A stretch of DNA of 64,000 nt from Saprospiraceae bacterium (GCA_041392845.1 JAWKLG010000005.1:174398-238397); one strand, 5' to 3'. Shown: positions 1 through 10,589, counted from the first letter of the stretch. A program made the numbers and translations. The notes: a model not told the origin generated them from the sequence alone.

Positions 1-3000
1 CAAGCGGAATTCCGGGTATCACTCGATATGCATTGGATATTGTGGATATGGACTTCAACAACCTCAACAATCCTAATGATGCATTTGACAACCCTTCAGT
101 ATTCGCATTTTTAAGAAAGGAAAACCTGGTAAATCCTATTTTCAATATAACGAATTTTGAACCACAATTGGTGGTTGGCCGGACCTATGCAGCCAGAGTT
201 CAAGCTTATGATCCCTCCAACCAAATTGCCTTTAAAAATGACGGAAAAGGTCCGGTTATCAGCTTTACCTATATACCCAACCAAATCATTTTACCTGAAA
301 TCAATGTCAACAATGGTAATGGGCCAGGGTATAATCCTAACATCAAAAACAATGAAAACCCGGTACAATTTGCGCTCAATATCTGTGAAGAACCTGTCAA
401 CTTTCCAAACAATATCCCTATCAATGGGAAAGGCATTTTTGAGAATTTAAATGAAGTAAATCTGGGTGGTCATACACTCTTGTTGACCAATGTAAATTGG
501 AACGGAAATAATCTATCCGGTCAGGGGAAAATAACAGATACATGGTTTAGAATTCCTATCCTGGTCGAATTCGAAAATCTTCAATTAAATTCAGATGGTC
601 AAGTTATTGAAGGATTTGCCAAAGCACGTAATGATGAAAACCTCCCTTCGCAATGGATCAATGATCTAGGCAACATTCAATTTGGAGAGGAACAAATAAA
701 AATTGTAATTCAAAAATTGCTTGGAAACAGCCAACAAAGGATTTATGACTTTAAAGATAAAGCAAAAAATATCGGGGTAGGAATGCCGGTTGGGATCAAC
801 CGAAATATAGGAGGAGCAAATCAGCTTATCGGAATAGTCGGAATGCATTTTGGGGTTGGTGGATGTGCCCTTAATGCAATTGCACAAATCAATATACCCT
901 CAAAAAACCAAAGACTCAGTCTGGCTGCTTCCGGTGTTTGTTTTAACAAAGACGGATTTACAGATGATGGTTTATTATACCTGGCAGACGATTACACCGT
1001 CAACCCAAATGGGAATATAAAAATGCACCTCCTAAAAGCTGTCCAGGATAACCCGGACAAAGGGACTTATATAAAAATGGAGAACACCGGATTTAAATTT
1101 CTCCGCCTTGATGGTAGCCTGGAAATTTCCTCCAATGTCGTACACCCTGTTGACCCCAACGAAACAAAAGTCACTGCTCCCTTTTCTTTGGAAATAGAAA
1201 ACTTCCACAATTTCATGCTTGACGACCTCAGCTTCCAGGCATTCGAATTTAACAGACTACCCGGGTTTACGGTCAATATTCAATCCTTGTCTTACGACCA
1301 TTCCGAAGTTTCTAATCCTCAAAACATCCAATTTCCTATTCCCAACTACAATCAGGAAGGAAACCTTTGGCAAGGATTTTATCTCCATTCTGTTGACTTT
1401 ACACTACCAAAACAATTGCACAAAGATTTCAAAATTAAGGTTTCAAACCTTATTGTGGATGATTTTGGATTTACCGGATTATTGGATGTTCCTTTGGTTT
1501 TGGGAACCAACCAGGGAAAAATGGGAAGTAGGAACTGGCCTTTTTCCATTGAAAACTTATTTATAAAAGTGATTAAAAACCAATGGGAGGAAGGAAGCTT
1601 TAATGGAAAAATAAGAGTCCCAATTCAAAAGGAAAATGAGTTTCTTCAGTACCAGGCATTACTAAGTTTACTGGACAATGAACTGGATTATCAGTTTAGT
1701 GTAGAGACACAGGAGGAAATCGAATTCCCTGCCATCATTGCCAAAGGAAAAATCCTGCCTAATACAAGCATAATTATCGAAAAGACAGGTAATGGTTTTG
1801 ATCCCAAGATGCATTTGTTTGCCAAGTTGGACTTAAATACCCCAGTTAATATTAATATTCAAAGCTTTCCATTAAGCTTTAGTGGTGTGGAAGTTCAGGA
1901 CCTGATCATCGATAAAAATGGTTATCACTTCGGACCCGACGGAGCATTCAGTTATTCATATGGTGAAGACCAAAGGAAAGTCTTTGGATTTAACGTAACG
2001 CTTGACACTTTTACCATTGTCAAACCCAATCAATTGTTTGCGGGTATGGATATGCAGCTTATTGGTGAAAGTAATGTTGTAGGTGGAAGAGCACGTGTTT
2101 TCGTTAATACAAAATGGGAAAATGACTTATTGAAACTAGAATCTATGAATCTTTCTGACTTGTATATCAATGGTGATGTAAGTATAGCCCATGTAGAAGG
2201 CTATCTGAAACGATATGACAAGGACATTGTATATGGAGATGGGTTTGCAGGAGGACTGGATGTAGGAATAAAACTTGGTGAAGCCAATGCACTTCCCATT
2301 GCTGCAGAAATGAATTTGCTTTTTGGAAGGAAAGAAGATTATAAATATTTCTATATCGACGGAGCGGTAGATGGCTTGCCCAACATCCCTTTGTCTGCAA
2401 GTATGAGGTTTTATGGTTTTAAAGGCGGCATTTATTATAAAATGAAACGGGAAAGCATAGATGTATTACCAGTACCAGATAAATCCATAAAATTTGGGTT
2501 ATTGGCGGGAGCCGCAATAGGCCTTGATTCTAAAAGAGCGTTTCATTCCAAGTTGGTATTGGATGCAAATTTTACTGCATCCGGGTTGGGACAAATCAAT
2601 TTTGATGGTGATGCTTACATGTTTACCGATTATCAGCCAGGTTGGGACCCTTACGAGCCGTCAACTACGCCTATCCATATTGCAGCCACTGCAAAGATGG
2701 ATTTCAGTACTAAGGTCTTTGATTTTGACGGCAGTGTAAAAGCTAAATATCCTACAACCGGAAATCCCCTCGTAAAAGGGAATGGATCAGTTAAGATTCA
2801 TGTAGCTGGGAAAAACGATTGGTACATTAAAATAGGGGAACCGGGACCTGATGAAAACATTACCATAGAATTGGCTGACATCATAACCAAAAAACATTAC
2901 CTCATGGCCGGGTACGGATTGCCTGCAATGCCACCACTTCCTGAACCTATCATGAGTAAATTAGCTGAAAACAACATTCAACCACAATCACAACGGTCCA

Positions 3001-5054
3001 ATTTAACCAGTGAAAACAACCTCAGATATGCTTTTGGAAGTAACTATCACTTTAATACCGGTGAACTAAACTATTGGATTTTGTATGGCAATTTTGCAGC
3101 TGATCTTGGATATGATATTTCCATAAGCGATGGCTGGGGTGATTGCGGATTCCGGGGTTGGTACGTAAATGGCCAGGCCTATGGAAGAGTAGATGCAGGA
3201 ATAGGCTTAAAAGCAAAGTTATTTGGTAAGGAAAGGAAGTTCAAAATTGCAGAACTATCTGTAGGGGCAGCCCTTGAAGTAGCTTTACCAAATAAATTTT
3301 ACATAAATGGTATGGTTTACGGTGAGGCAACTTTTTTGGGAATCATCGAAGGCAGTTTTGATTTCCAGGTAGAAAAAGGTCAAAAGTGTCAGCAAAAACC
3401 ACAATATGAAGAGGAAAATGCCCTGGAAAACTTAAAATATATCCAGGATACTAATCCTAAAAATGGGAAAACCGGCGTAAGTGTCATGGCCGTCCCTCAG
3501 GTGGTTATGTTATTCTCAACCAATGATAATAAAACTTATCCGCTCACCGAACTCAATGAATACGGAGTAGAAATAAACCGTGAATTCAGATTTCCAATCC
3601 ACAAACTTCAAATAATAGTTGATGACCCTAATTCTTCAAAAAATGGAGAAATCATTGCCAATTTAGATTCCAAATCCTATCAGGGTTATTTTAAGAAAAA
3701 TAGCAAAGGAGATGTTTTTACTTACCAAAGTGAAAAAGCACTGGAACCGCATACTTGGTATAAATGGATAATAGAAATCCGGGTTTTGGAAAAAATTAAT
3801 GGTGTTTGGAATACTGTGGCAGCAAATGACACCAAAGTTGAAATTAGATTTAAAACCGGAACAGGTCCAAAAACTATCGAGAACGCTAACGTTGCATTTT
3901 GTTATCCTGATAGAGCACAAAATTTTTACCTTCAAAATGAAAACGGAAGACGAGGGTTCGTAAAGGTGAAAGTCGATGCCTACTCCAACGTATTCAACTT
4001 AAACGGAAATCAATTCGAAAAGGATTCTATCCTTATTCGCTTCATCCCGGTAGGTGGGGGTTCTGTACAGAAAGGAACATTCCTTGGATATTCGGGCAAT
4101 AAAGTGATGTTTTCACATCCACCATTATTGAACAACAAAATGTATGTTATTCAAATAGTTAAAAAACATGCAAACTGGTTGACCAACACACCCGACGACG
4201 ATCCTGAAATTTACCTTTCTGCCGGGCAAAATTTTGAAGATAACCTTACGAAAGGCCAGAAGTTGTTGGGTGACCTGCAAACATCTAAAAAGGAATATGA
4301 AATTTACAAATATGTCTTCAAAACAAGTCGTTACAACACACTTGAATCAAAAATTGCTTCCTTGCAATCCGGGAAAGTGATGGCTATAGGAAACCCGCCA
4401 TTTTCAGGAAGAACTATAGAGGTTATCGGTCAAAATGAAGGTTTTGATAAATTTGACAATCAACAAATTGATTTCAACTGGTTTTTGACTGAATCTTTTG
4501 GAGGCTCCGGGTCAGGGGGTAATGGCCAAACGATCCTTAATAAGCCAAAACCCAATTTTTACTGGAACTCTTATTTAAATCCAAAAGTGTACAATGGTTA
4601 TAATGAAATTTTAGTCCCCGGTGCCTACCCATGGATTTCCAAAATTGACCCATCTACTTATGTAGAGGTTATTAATCCTGTTCCTCCAATATCACAGGAA
4701 TTAATTAATAAAATATTGAATGAAAAGGTAAATCCTGGAATGGTTTTCCAGGCACCTCCTTCCCCTCAAAAAATCCTATTCCAACTCTATGGAGAATCTA
4801 TCGGCTTCTATACATACAAAAACTACCTCATTCCCCGATTATTCAATGTAAATAATCCAGAGATCAAAAAATGTATCCAATATACTCCTGGTTACAATAA
4901 GGACCTTAGAACACTAATGGATTACCATATTGATAATCCAAACTTCAAAACCTTGACGGGAGGCAGTTATCAATTTTTAGCTTCCTCAAAATTGGTAGGA
5001 AACCACCAATATCTCATTGATTGGAAAAAGGAATTTGGTATCCAAAACAACTAA
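1..5054 (+). CDS. Giant beta-strand-rich secreted/surface protein, 5'-truncated at the window edge, function unknown
   Basis: About 5 kb uninterrupted ORF. No in-frame stop between nt 3 and the first listed codon, which is TTG at 33, so the gene most likely starts upstream of the window. Long runs of alternating hydrophobic residues typical of beta-sheet/beta-barrel proteins. No catalytic motif recognised. TAA at 5052-5054 is followed by a hairpin plus T-run. Confidence 0.6.
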   Translation, partial: SGIPGITRYALDIVDMDFNNLNNPNDAFDNPSVFAFLRKENLVNPIFNITNFEPQLVVGRTYAARVQAYDPSNQIAFKNDGKGPVISFTYIPNQIILPEINVNNGNGPGYNPNIKNNENPVQFALNICEEPVNFPNNIPINGKGIFENLNEVNLGGHTLLLTNVNWNGNNLSGQGKITDTWFRIPILVEFENLQLNSDGQVIEGFAKARNDENLPSQWINDLGNIQFGEEQIKIVIQKLLGNSQQRIYDFKDKAKNIGVGMPVGINRNIGGANQLIGIVGMHFGVGGCALNAIAQINIPSKNQRLSLAASGVCFNKDGFTDDGLLYLADDYTVNPNGNIKMHLLKAVQDNPDKGTYIKMENTGFKFLRLDGSLEISSNVVHPVDPNETKVTAPFSLEIENFHNFMLDDLSFQAFEFNRLPGFTVNIQSLSYDHSEVSNPQNIQFPIPNYNQEGNLWQGFYLHSVDFTLPKQLHKDFKIKVSNLIVDDFGFTGLLDVPLVLGTNQGKMGSRNWPFSIENLFIKVIKNQWEEGSFNGKIRVPIQKENEFLQYQALLSLLDNELDYQFSVETQEEIEFPAIIAKGKILPNTSIIIEKTGNGFDPKMHLFAKLDLNTPVNINIQSFPLSFSGVEVQDLIIDKNGYHFGPDGAFSYSYGEDQRKVFGFNVTLDTFTIVKPNQLFAGMDMQLIGESNVVGGRARVFVNTKWENDLLKLESMNLSDLYINGDVSIAHVEGYLKRYDKDIVYGDGFAGGLDVGIKLGEANALPIAAEMNLLFGRKEDYKYFYIDGAVDGLPNIPLSASMRFYGFKGGIYYKMKRESIDVLPVPDKSIKFGLLAGAAIGLDSKRAFHSKLVLDANFTASGLGQINFDGDAYMFTDYQPGWDPYEPSTTPIHIAATAKMDFSTKVFDFDGSVKAKYPTTGNPLVKGNGSVKIHVAGKNDWYIKIGEPGPDENITIELADIITKKHYLMAGYGLPAMPPLPEPIMSKLAENNIQPQSQRSNLTSENNLRYAFGSNYHFNTGELNYWILYGNFAADLGYDISISDGWGDCGFRGWYVNGQAYGRVDAGIGLKAKLFGKERKFKIAELSVGAALEVALPNKFYINGMVYGEATFLGIIEGSFDFQVEKGQKCQQKPQYEEENALENLKYIQDTNPKNGKTGVSVMAVPQVVMLFSTNDNKTYPLTELNEYGVEINREFRFPIHKLQIIVDDPNSSKNGEIIANLDSKSYQGYFKKNSKGDVFTYQSEKALEPHTWYKWIIEIRVLEKINGVWNTVAANDTKVEIRFKTGTGPKTIENANVAFCYPDRAQNFYLQNENGRRGFVKVKVDAYSNVFNLNGNQFEKDSILIRFIPVGGGSVQKGTFLGYSGNKVMFSHPPLLNNKMYVIQIVKKHANWLTNTPDDDPEIYLSAGQNFEDNLTKGQKLLGDLQTSKKEYEIYKYVFKTSRYNTLESKIASLQSGKVMAIGNPPFSGRTIEVIGQNEGFDKFDNQQIDFNWFLTESFGGSGSGGNGQTILNKPKPNFYWNSYLNPKVYNGYNEILVPGAYPWISKIDPSTYVEVINPVPPISQELINKILNEKVNPGMVFQAPPSPQKILFQLYGESIGFYTYKNYLIPRLFNVNNPEIKKCIQYTPGYNKDLRTLMDYHIDNPNFKTLTGGSYQFLASSKLVGNHQYLIDWKKEFGIQNN

Positions 5055-5064
5055 AGGTCAAGAA

Positions 5065-5097
5065 AAAGCATTGCCAACCGCAATGCTTTTTTCTTTC
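5065..5097 (+). terminator. Rho-independent terminator
   Basis: aaaGCATTGccaaccgCAATGCttttttc: 6-bp GC-containing stem followed by a T-run, 11 nt after the stop of the giant ORF. Confidence 0.6.
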
Positions 5098-5192
5098 ATA
5101 ACAGCTTTCCTTTAATACTTTTTTACACTTTTTAAAAAACCCTTGAACAGGTCAGAATTGCTGGTTACGGAACTTTGAGGAAAATAATTTAT

Positions 5193-7292
5193 ATGGAAAA
5201 ATTTTGGCAAATTTCGATCTTGGTTTTGTTTGGGTTTGTTTCGTTTCCTTTTAAAGGTTTTGCTCAAAATGCAATGACTGAAACCAACGATTCCAACCTT
5301 CATTTGATGGTAAAAAAAGAAGGCAATGAAGTTGTGCTACGTTGGGCACCCAGCACTGCACAGTTCTGGGAACAAAGCAATGTTTCGGGTTACCAAATAG
5401 AAAAGATGGTCTTACCTGAATCAAAGGACGATTTGAAAAACAGTAACTTTGAAAAAATCACTTCAAATGCCATTTTACCGGCGGCTCCAGAGCGTTGGGA
5501 GCAGTGGATAGATTCAGATAACTATGCTGCCACAGCCTATGCTGCATTGTATGTTGAAAGACCAGAAAATCCAGGTGATTTACTACAACAGCTAAAAACA
5601 GCTGACGACATTCGTCAAAAAGCCTTTTTCCTGGCCTTATTGGCAGCCGATCACTCCAAATTAGCTGCTGATGGACTTGGACTTCGATTCGTTGATCATT
5701 TTCCAGGGAAAGGAAATCGTATTATTTACAGAGTTTTTCCTTCCATACCTTATGAAGGCACAAGTCGTGATACTGCGTATTACCTGCTAGATAAAAGCAT
5801 TGCAGAAAATGCATATAAAGCACCGAAACCAATAACCTATCCAATGGAGAAAAAGGTTACCATCAAATGGCCAAAATCCTCCACAGTTGAATTTCCCTTT
5901 ACTTCCTTTTTCATTGAGCGTTCAAATTCGCCCAATGGCCCCTTTGAAAGATTGACAGAGGCTCCAATTTTAAATTCTAAACAAAAAACCACTGAAGATG
6001 CTTTTTTATATTTCATTGACTCGATTGGTGTCAATTACCAACCCTTTTGGTATCGCCTCGTAGGAAATACCCCATTTGGAGAAAGCAGTAATCCCGGAGA
6101 ATCCACGATGGGAATGGGCGAGGACAAAACCCCTCCTGTTGCACCTTTCAATCTCCAGGCAGAGGTATTGGGTAAAAATCTTGTTAAATTGACCTGGGAG
6201 GTCTCTAAACCTATAGCAACAGATGCCGTCGGTTATAAAATCGGAAAAGCTTCTACTTCACAAGGACCCTTTTCAGCAGTGCATGATGATTTATTACCCC
6301 TGACTACCCAAAGTTTCACGCATACCTTAGCCACAGAAACAGAAGACAACTATTACGCTATCAGTATATTCGACACCGCAGGGAATTATAGCGAATCTTT
6401 TCCGGTATATGCCTTTTTCATTGACACATTTCCCCCGGCACCACCTACCGGGTTAAGAGGATTTACAGATACATCTGGTATGGTTCATTTGCATTGGAAT
6501 CGTTCTATGGAGACAGATCTCCTTGGCTACAGACTTTATTGGAACAATAGTCCAAACCATGTATTTGCAATGGCTACAGGAGAAATCATAAAAGATACCA
6601 CTTTTAGTATGCCATTCAATGGAAAAACACTTTCAGAAACAGTAAGATTTTCTCTTGTTGCAGTAGATGCAGGTTTTGGGCATTCAGACTTTTCTGCCCC
6701 TATTGAATTGGAAAGGAAAGATGAGGTGCCACCTTATCCAGGCAGGTTTACAGGTTGGAGCCTGGATTCCAATTATGTATTGATAACCTGGGAACCTGGC
6801 GTAAGTAAAGACATTAAATCTCAGGAACTTTGGAAGAAAATTAAAAACGAAAAATGGGAATTGATAGCCAAATTAACTAAAACAGTCAACTCATACAGAG
6901 ATGAAAACTTCATAACCGGTTCGGAGGTGCAATATGCTTTAAAAGCCATCGACGATGATAATCTGGTTTCAGATTTTTCCTTTCCACTTGGCTTGCATAT
7001 AGAAAAAACAAGAGAATTAGACCCTGTGCAAAATGTGGAAGCTGAATGGGATGAAAACACTAAATCCATTCTATTGAATTGGAAATCTGATGGTAACCTT
7101 AAGAAGCAATATGTTATTTACAGAACTACCCGGGAGGAGAATTGGGAAAGTTATGAAGTAGTGGAAGAACAAAACAGATTTCAGGATAACCTTATTCCCG
7201 CTGTCGATTCCATACAGTATGCTGTCAGGGTTATTGATGAAAATGGAAACCAATCATTGCTATCCTTTTCCAATAAAGTCGATTTAAAATAA
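5193..7292 (+). CDS. Secreted protein with about five fibronectin type III-like repeats
   Basis: The ORF-track start at 5175 is TTG; the ATG at 5193 gives MEKFWQISILVLFGFVSFPFKGFAQ, a signal peptide. Five FN3-like W...GY(K/R)(I/L) segments are visible: VVLRWAP...GYQIEK, LTWEV...GYKIGK, HLHWN...GYRLYW, ITWEP, LLNWK...YVIYR. Confidence 0.7.
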   Translation: MEKFWQISILVLFGFVSFPFKGFAQNAMTETNDSNLHLMVKKEGNEVVLRWAPSTAQFWEQSNVSGYQIEKMVLPESKDDLKNSNFEKITSNAILPAAPERWEQWIDSDNYAATAYAALYVERPENPGDLLQQLKTADDIRQKAFFLALLAADHSKLAADGLGLRFVDHFPGKGNRIIYRVFPSIPYEGTSRDTAYYLLDKSIAENAYKAPKPITYPMEKKVTIKWPKSSTVEFPFTSFFIERSNSPNGPFERLTEAPILNSKQKTTEDAFLYFIDSIGVNYQPFWYRLVGNTPFGESSNPGESTMGMGEDKTPPVAPFNLQAEVLGKNLVKLTWEVSKPIATDAVGYKIGKASTSQGPFSAVHDDLLPLTTQSFTHTLATETEDNYYAISIFDTAGNYSESFPVYAFFIDTFPPAPPTGLRGFTDTSGMVHLHWNRSMETDLLGYRLYWNNSPNHVFAMATGEIIKDTTFSMPFNGKTLSETVRFSLVAVDAGFGHSDFSAPIELERKDEVPPYPGRFTGWSLDSNYVLITWEPGVSKDIKSQELWKKIKNEKWELIAKLTKTVNSYRDENFITGSEVQYALKAIDDDNLVSDFSFPLGLHIEKTRELDPVQNVEAEWDENTKSILLNWKSDGNLKKQYVIYRTTREENWESYEVVEEQNRFQDNLIPAVDSIQYAVRVIDENGNQSLLSFSNKVDLK

Positions 7293-7298
7293 AACCTG

Positions 7299-8960
7299 AT
7301 GAAAACATATCTTATAATCCTGATTTTTCTTTTCCCTTGTCTTGTTTTCAGCCAGGATTTTGAAAACATAAAAGAATCAAAACCTCTTACGTTAACAGGT
7401 GGATTAAGTGTTGGAGGTCAATTTTACAATGCAAATGGAATAATGGCTAGGTCGGTAAATCCATTGTGGAACATTGCAGGAAACGCAAATCTCAATATTT
7501 ACGGGGCTTTGGATTTACCATTTTCTTTTACTATCGGAAGGCAAGGTACCAATACTTCTTATCCCACCTTTCATCAATTTGGTGTCAGCCCGACTTATAA
7601 ATGGATAAAAATCCATGCTGGTTGGCGCAATATGACTTTCTCAAGGTATACCTTGAATGCGCATACTTTTTTAGGTGCAGGAGCAGAATTAACACCAGGC
7701 AAATGGCGGCTAGGGGCCATGTATGGACGTCTTCGAAAAGCAAGAGATTATAACGATGAAGCGGAATTTTCAAATATTCCTCCTGTTTATAAAAGAATGG
7801 GATATGGTTTTAAAATAGGGTATGGTACCGAAAATCAGTACCTGGATCTTATTTATTTCAAAGCTGAGGATAAAACTAATTCACTTGCAGTGCAGAGCCC
7901 TGACAGTACAATCACACCAGGGGAAAATGCAGTCCTTGGATATAATCTTAAGAGTAGACTTTTCAAAAATGTGTTTATAAATAGTGAAGGAGCCCTAAGT
8001 CTTTATACCAGAGATATTAGAAGCACGGAAGCAACAGAGTTACTGCCCGTAGATATCTCCGGTTTTTTTACTCCACGTTTCTCTTCCCGTCTTAATTATG
8101 CATTGAAAGCAGGAATTGAGTCTCGATTTAAAAATTGGAACTTTAACCTGGACTATGAGAGAATTATGCCTCAATTTGAATCTATGGGTTCCTATTTTTT
8201 TGCCAATGATGTTGAAAACATAACAATTTCACCTAGGGGATCTCTATTTAAAAACAAAGTTCAGTTATATGGTACTTTTGGTGTTCAAAGAAATAATCTG
8301 CTAGATGATCGTTTGGAAACCACCAAAAGATTTATCGGAAATGGCGGCCTAAACTATTTCTCTGGTAAACATTTTGGTTTGCAAATAAATTTGACAAGTA
8401 TAAACATCAATCAAACGGAAAGAATTCAATCTTTAAGTGACAGTATTAGGATTGCAATAGTCAATACAAATTATATGGTCAGTCCTTTCTGGACATGGAA
8501 CGACAGTATAAGCAATAAAACCCTTATCCTATTAGCTAATTATCAGGAACTTAATGACCGGAATCCCTTTACTAGGGAATTCACCGATATGCAAACTATT
8601 CTATTTAACGGTAGCATTAATTCCAGCAATCTTACAACAGGCTGGAGTTTTCATGCAGGATTTAATTTTGACAAAATATTTCTCGCTGCGCTAACCAATA
8701 TGCGATGGGGTGCTACAGCAGGTACAGGTTGGAATCAGAAAGAGGGTATTTTTGGATGTAGACTTTCATTGACCTATAATTTTTCCTACATAGATGGCAA
8801 TAAAGATGGTGCCATCATTACAAGTAACTTAAATATCGATTATAGTCCATGGACAAAACATAAACTAACTGCTTTTACCAATGTAAACAGAACCCTTACT
8901 TCTAGTTTTGCAAACTATACGGAAGTAATTGGAGGAGTTCGGTATGGACTTATTTTTTAA
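7299..8960 (+). CDS. Outer-membrane beta-barrel protein, uncharacterised
   Basis: Signal peptide MKTYLIILIFLFPCLVFSQ. Alternating hydrophobic/polar pattern throughout. C-terminal ...GGVRYGLIF ends in Phe, typical of an OMP beta-signal. The gene starts 7 nt after the FN3 gene. Confidence 0.6.
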   Translation: MKTYLIILIFLFPCLVFSQDFENIKESKPLTLTGGLSVGGQFYNANGIMARSVNPLWNIAGNANLNIYGALDLPFSFTIGRQGTNTSYPTFHQFGVSPTYKWIKIHAGWRNMTFSRYTLNAHTFLGAGAELTPGKWRLGAMYGRLRKARDYNDEAEFSNIPPVYKRMGYGFKIGYGTENQYLDLIYFKAEDKTNSLAVQSPDSTITPGENAVLGYNLKSRLFKNVFINSEGALSLYTRDIRSTEATELLPVDISGFFTPRFSSRLNYALKAGIESRFKNWNFNLDYERIMPQFESMGSYFFANDVENITISPRGSLFKNKVQLYGTFGVQRNNLLDDRLETTKRFIGNGGLNYFSGKHFGLQINLTSININQTERIQSLSDSIRIAIVNTNYMVSPFWTWNDSISNKTLILLANYQELNDRNPFTREFTDMQTILFNGSINSSNLTTGWSFHAGFNFDKIFLAALTNMRWGATAGTGWNQKEGIFGCRLSLTYNFSYIDGNKDGAIITSNLNIDYSPWTKHKLTAFTNVNRTLTSSFANYTEVIGGVRYGLIF

Positions 8961-9021
8961 ACTAAAATATTTGATCCGATTATTGTTTGGTAGTCCGAAA
9001 TAATCTTATCTATCGTTTTTA

Positions 9022-9657
9022 ATGATTATTTTTGAAAAAACAATTATGAAAAAGAAAACACTGTTCCTTACCCTGTTTTTATTCATTGGATTTACTTTTC
9101 AAAATTGCATTTGCAATTGCCCAAAAAATACAGGTAGTTTTTTTGATATTCAGGGATTGCGATTGATCCATTATAAAAAAGTTTCAAGCTCCTCTGTAAT
9201 AGAGCTTAAAGAAAACGAAATTGTTTCAGTGGATAAATACTATGGTCTATCAATTGATTATCTGGTAAACTATATAAGTGATTATCAGGAAAAGAAAATT
9301 AAATGGAATTTTTCCCTCATCTCAGAAGCTTTAGCTTGTAGTTGTATTTATCCCGGCGAATCTGGTTCAAAAGAAGAAAAAATTGAATCTCTTGAAATTT
9401 TTACTTTGAAAAACTTTGATGACCATCATTCCGCTGGTAGCAAAATAAACGATATCCTGGAAACCAATATATTTGGAGAGATTTTAAATCTGGAAGATTT
9501 CCTGCATCAAGACACCTCATTAATTCAATATGAAGATTTGTCTCTTAGGCTCACTGAATTCCCTATCCTAAATGACACTTTTCAAGTAAAAATCAAACTT
9601 GTCTTAAACACAGGAGAGGTTTATGAAGATGAATCCGTTCCAATCATATTTAAATAA
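9022..9657 (+). CDS. Hypothetical lipoprotein
   Basis: Alternative start MKKKTLFLTLFLFIGFTFQNC at 9046, with a lipobox-like Cys. No recognisable domain. Confidence 0.5.
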   Translation: MIIFEKTIMKKKTLFLTLFLFIGFTFQNCICNCPKNTGSFFDIQGLRLIHYKKVSSSSVIELKENEIVSVDKYYGLSIDYLVNYISDYQEKKIKWNFSLISEALACSCIYPGESGSKEEKIESLEIFTLKNFDDHHSAGSKINDILETNIFGEILNLEDFLHQDTSLIQYEDLSLRLTEFPILNDTFQVKIKLVLNTGEVYEDESVPIIFK

Positions 9658-10012
9658 ATTCCTGCTCCAAAACGATTTAAATTGAACTTATGTATCATTA
9701 AATCACTCAATTAAATCCCTGAATATCTGAAAGTTATGCCGCTCGCTTTTCGACCTTCACCTTTCGTTTTTTAAAAGCCCGGTAAACTGTAATTCGTAAA
9801 TCTTAAACTCCACAAATAAAAGGTCAAGTAATCGCCATTTTTGTTCTTTGACATATAAAATGGGAGATTCCCACCTGGGATTTATCAAACAAGTTCCCAT
9901 TTACACTTCAACACGATTGACATATCAATCCATCCCATCCTTGGCCCAGCAATAAATTCCTTGGAATTTTTTAATTTTAACTTACATCTTTTTACTCCTA
10001 ACAACTTCTTTC

Positions 10013-10396
10013 ATGCTCACAATAAGCCTGGCAGGCAATCTGCTTTTAATTCTTTTATGCATCCTCTTTGTATTTCACCTTTTAATCCTTGCCGGTTTTA
10101 TTCCTCATGATATCATTTGGGCTGGTAAAATCCGTTCTAAAAAACATTTGATTCAAATGGAATCTATCTCCATTTTGGTAACCATTATTATGGCAATAAT
10201 TGTTTGTTTAAAAATGGATTACCTAAACTGGATTGAAAACAAGACAATAATCAAAATAGCCATGTGGATATTATTTGCCTTTTTTACCCTCAACACCCTG
10301 GGCAACCTAACCGCAAAAACCAAGTTTGAAAAATACGCCTTTGGAACCCTGACACTTTTTATGGCCTTGTTGGCATTATACCTCGCCTTAAACTAA
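10013..10396 (+). CDS. Small integral membrane protein (about 4 TM), hypothetical
   Basis: Four hydrophobic segments (LLLILLCILFVF..., ISILVTIIMAIIVCL, IAMWILFAFFTL, LTLFMALLALYLAL). Confidence 0.5.
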   Translation: MLTISLAGNLLLILLCILFVFHLLILAGFIPHDIIWAGKIRSKKHLIQMESISILVTIIMAIIVCLKMDYLNWIENKTIIKIAMWILFAFFTLNTLGNLTAKTKFEKYAFGTLTLFMALLALYLALN

Positions 10397-10494
10397 GGAA
10401 CGATTTATTACCATTTAAAAAGCAATCAATCTTAAAGCAATCTTTTATTCTTTTAAAACAATTTGAAAATTATAAAAAATTAAAATCCTAATTA

Positions 10495-10574
10495 CCCTAT
10501 CTCTCCATCCCCCTATCTCCCTATCTCCCTATCTCCCTATCTCCCTATCTCCCTATCTCCATTTCTCCTATCTT
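10495..10574. repeat. 8-bp tandem microsatellite (CCCTATCT)n: 6 perfect copies at 10511-10558 plus about 4 degenerate flanking units
   Basis: Read directly: ccctatct ctccatcc (ccctatct)x6 ccatttct cctatctt. Lies 16-95 nt upstream of the ATG at 10590, immediately upstream of a TAtcTTTAc (-7-like) element. Confidence 0.9.
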
Positions 10575-10589
10575 TACAAAAAAAAAGAA

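Noticed and set aside
157-450. Small ORFs nested in or antisense to large genes (e.g. 157..450, 666..887, 31395..31886, 53555..53752, 55511..55708)
   Set aside because: They lie entirely inside longer, well-supported ORFs on the other frame or strand, have low-complexity or odd composition, and the pair at 53555 and 55511 simply mirrors the tandem duplication. Treated as shadow ORFs.
10495-10574. Considered whether the CCCTATCT array could be a CRISPR array or telomere-like repeat
   Set aside because: Units are contiguous 8-mers with no spacers and far too short for CRISPR; it is a simple microsatellite.
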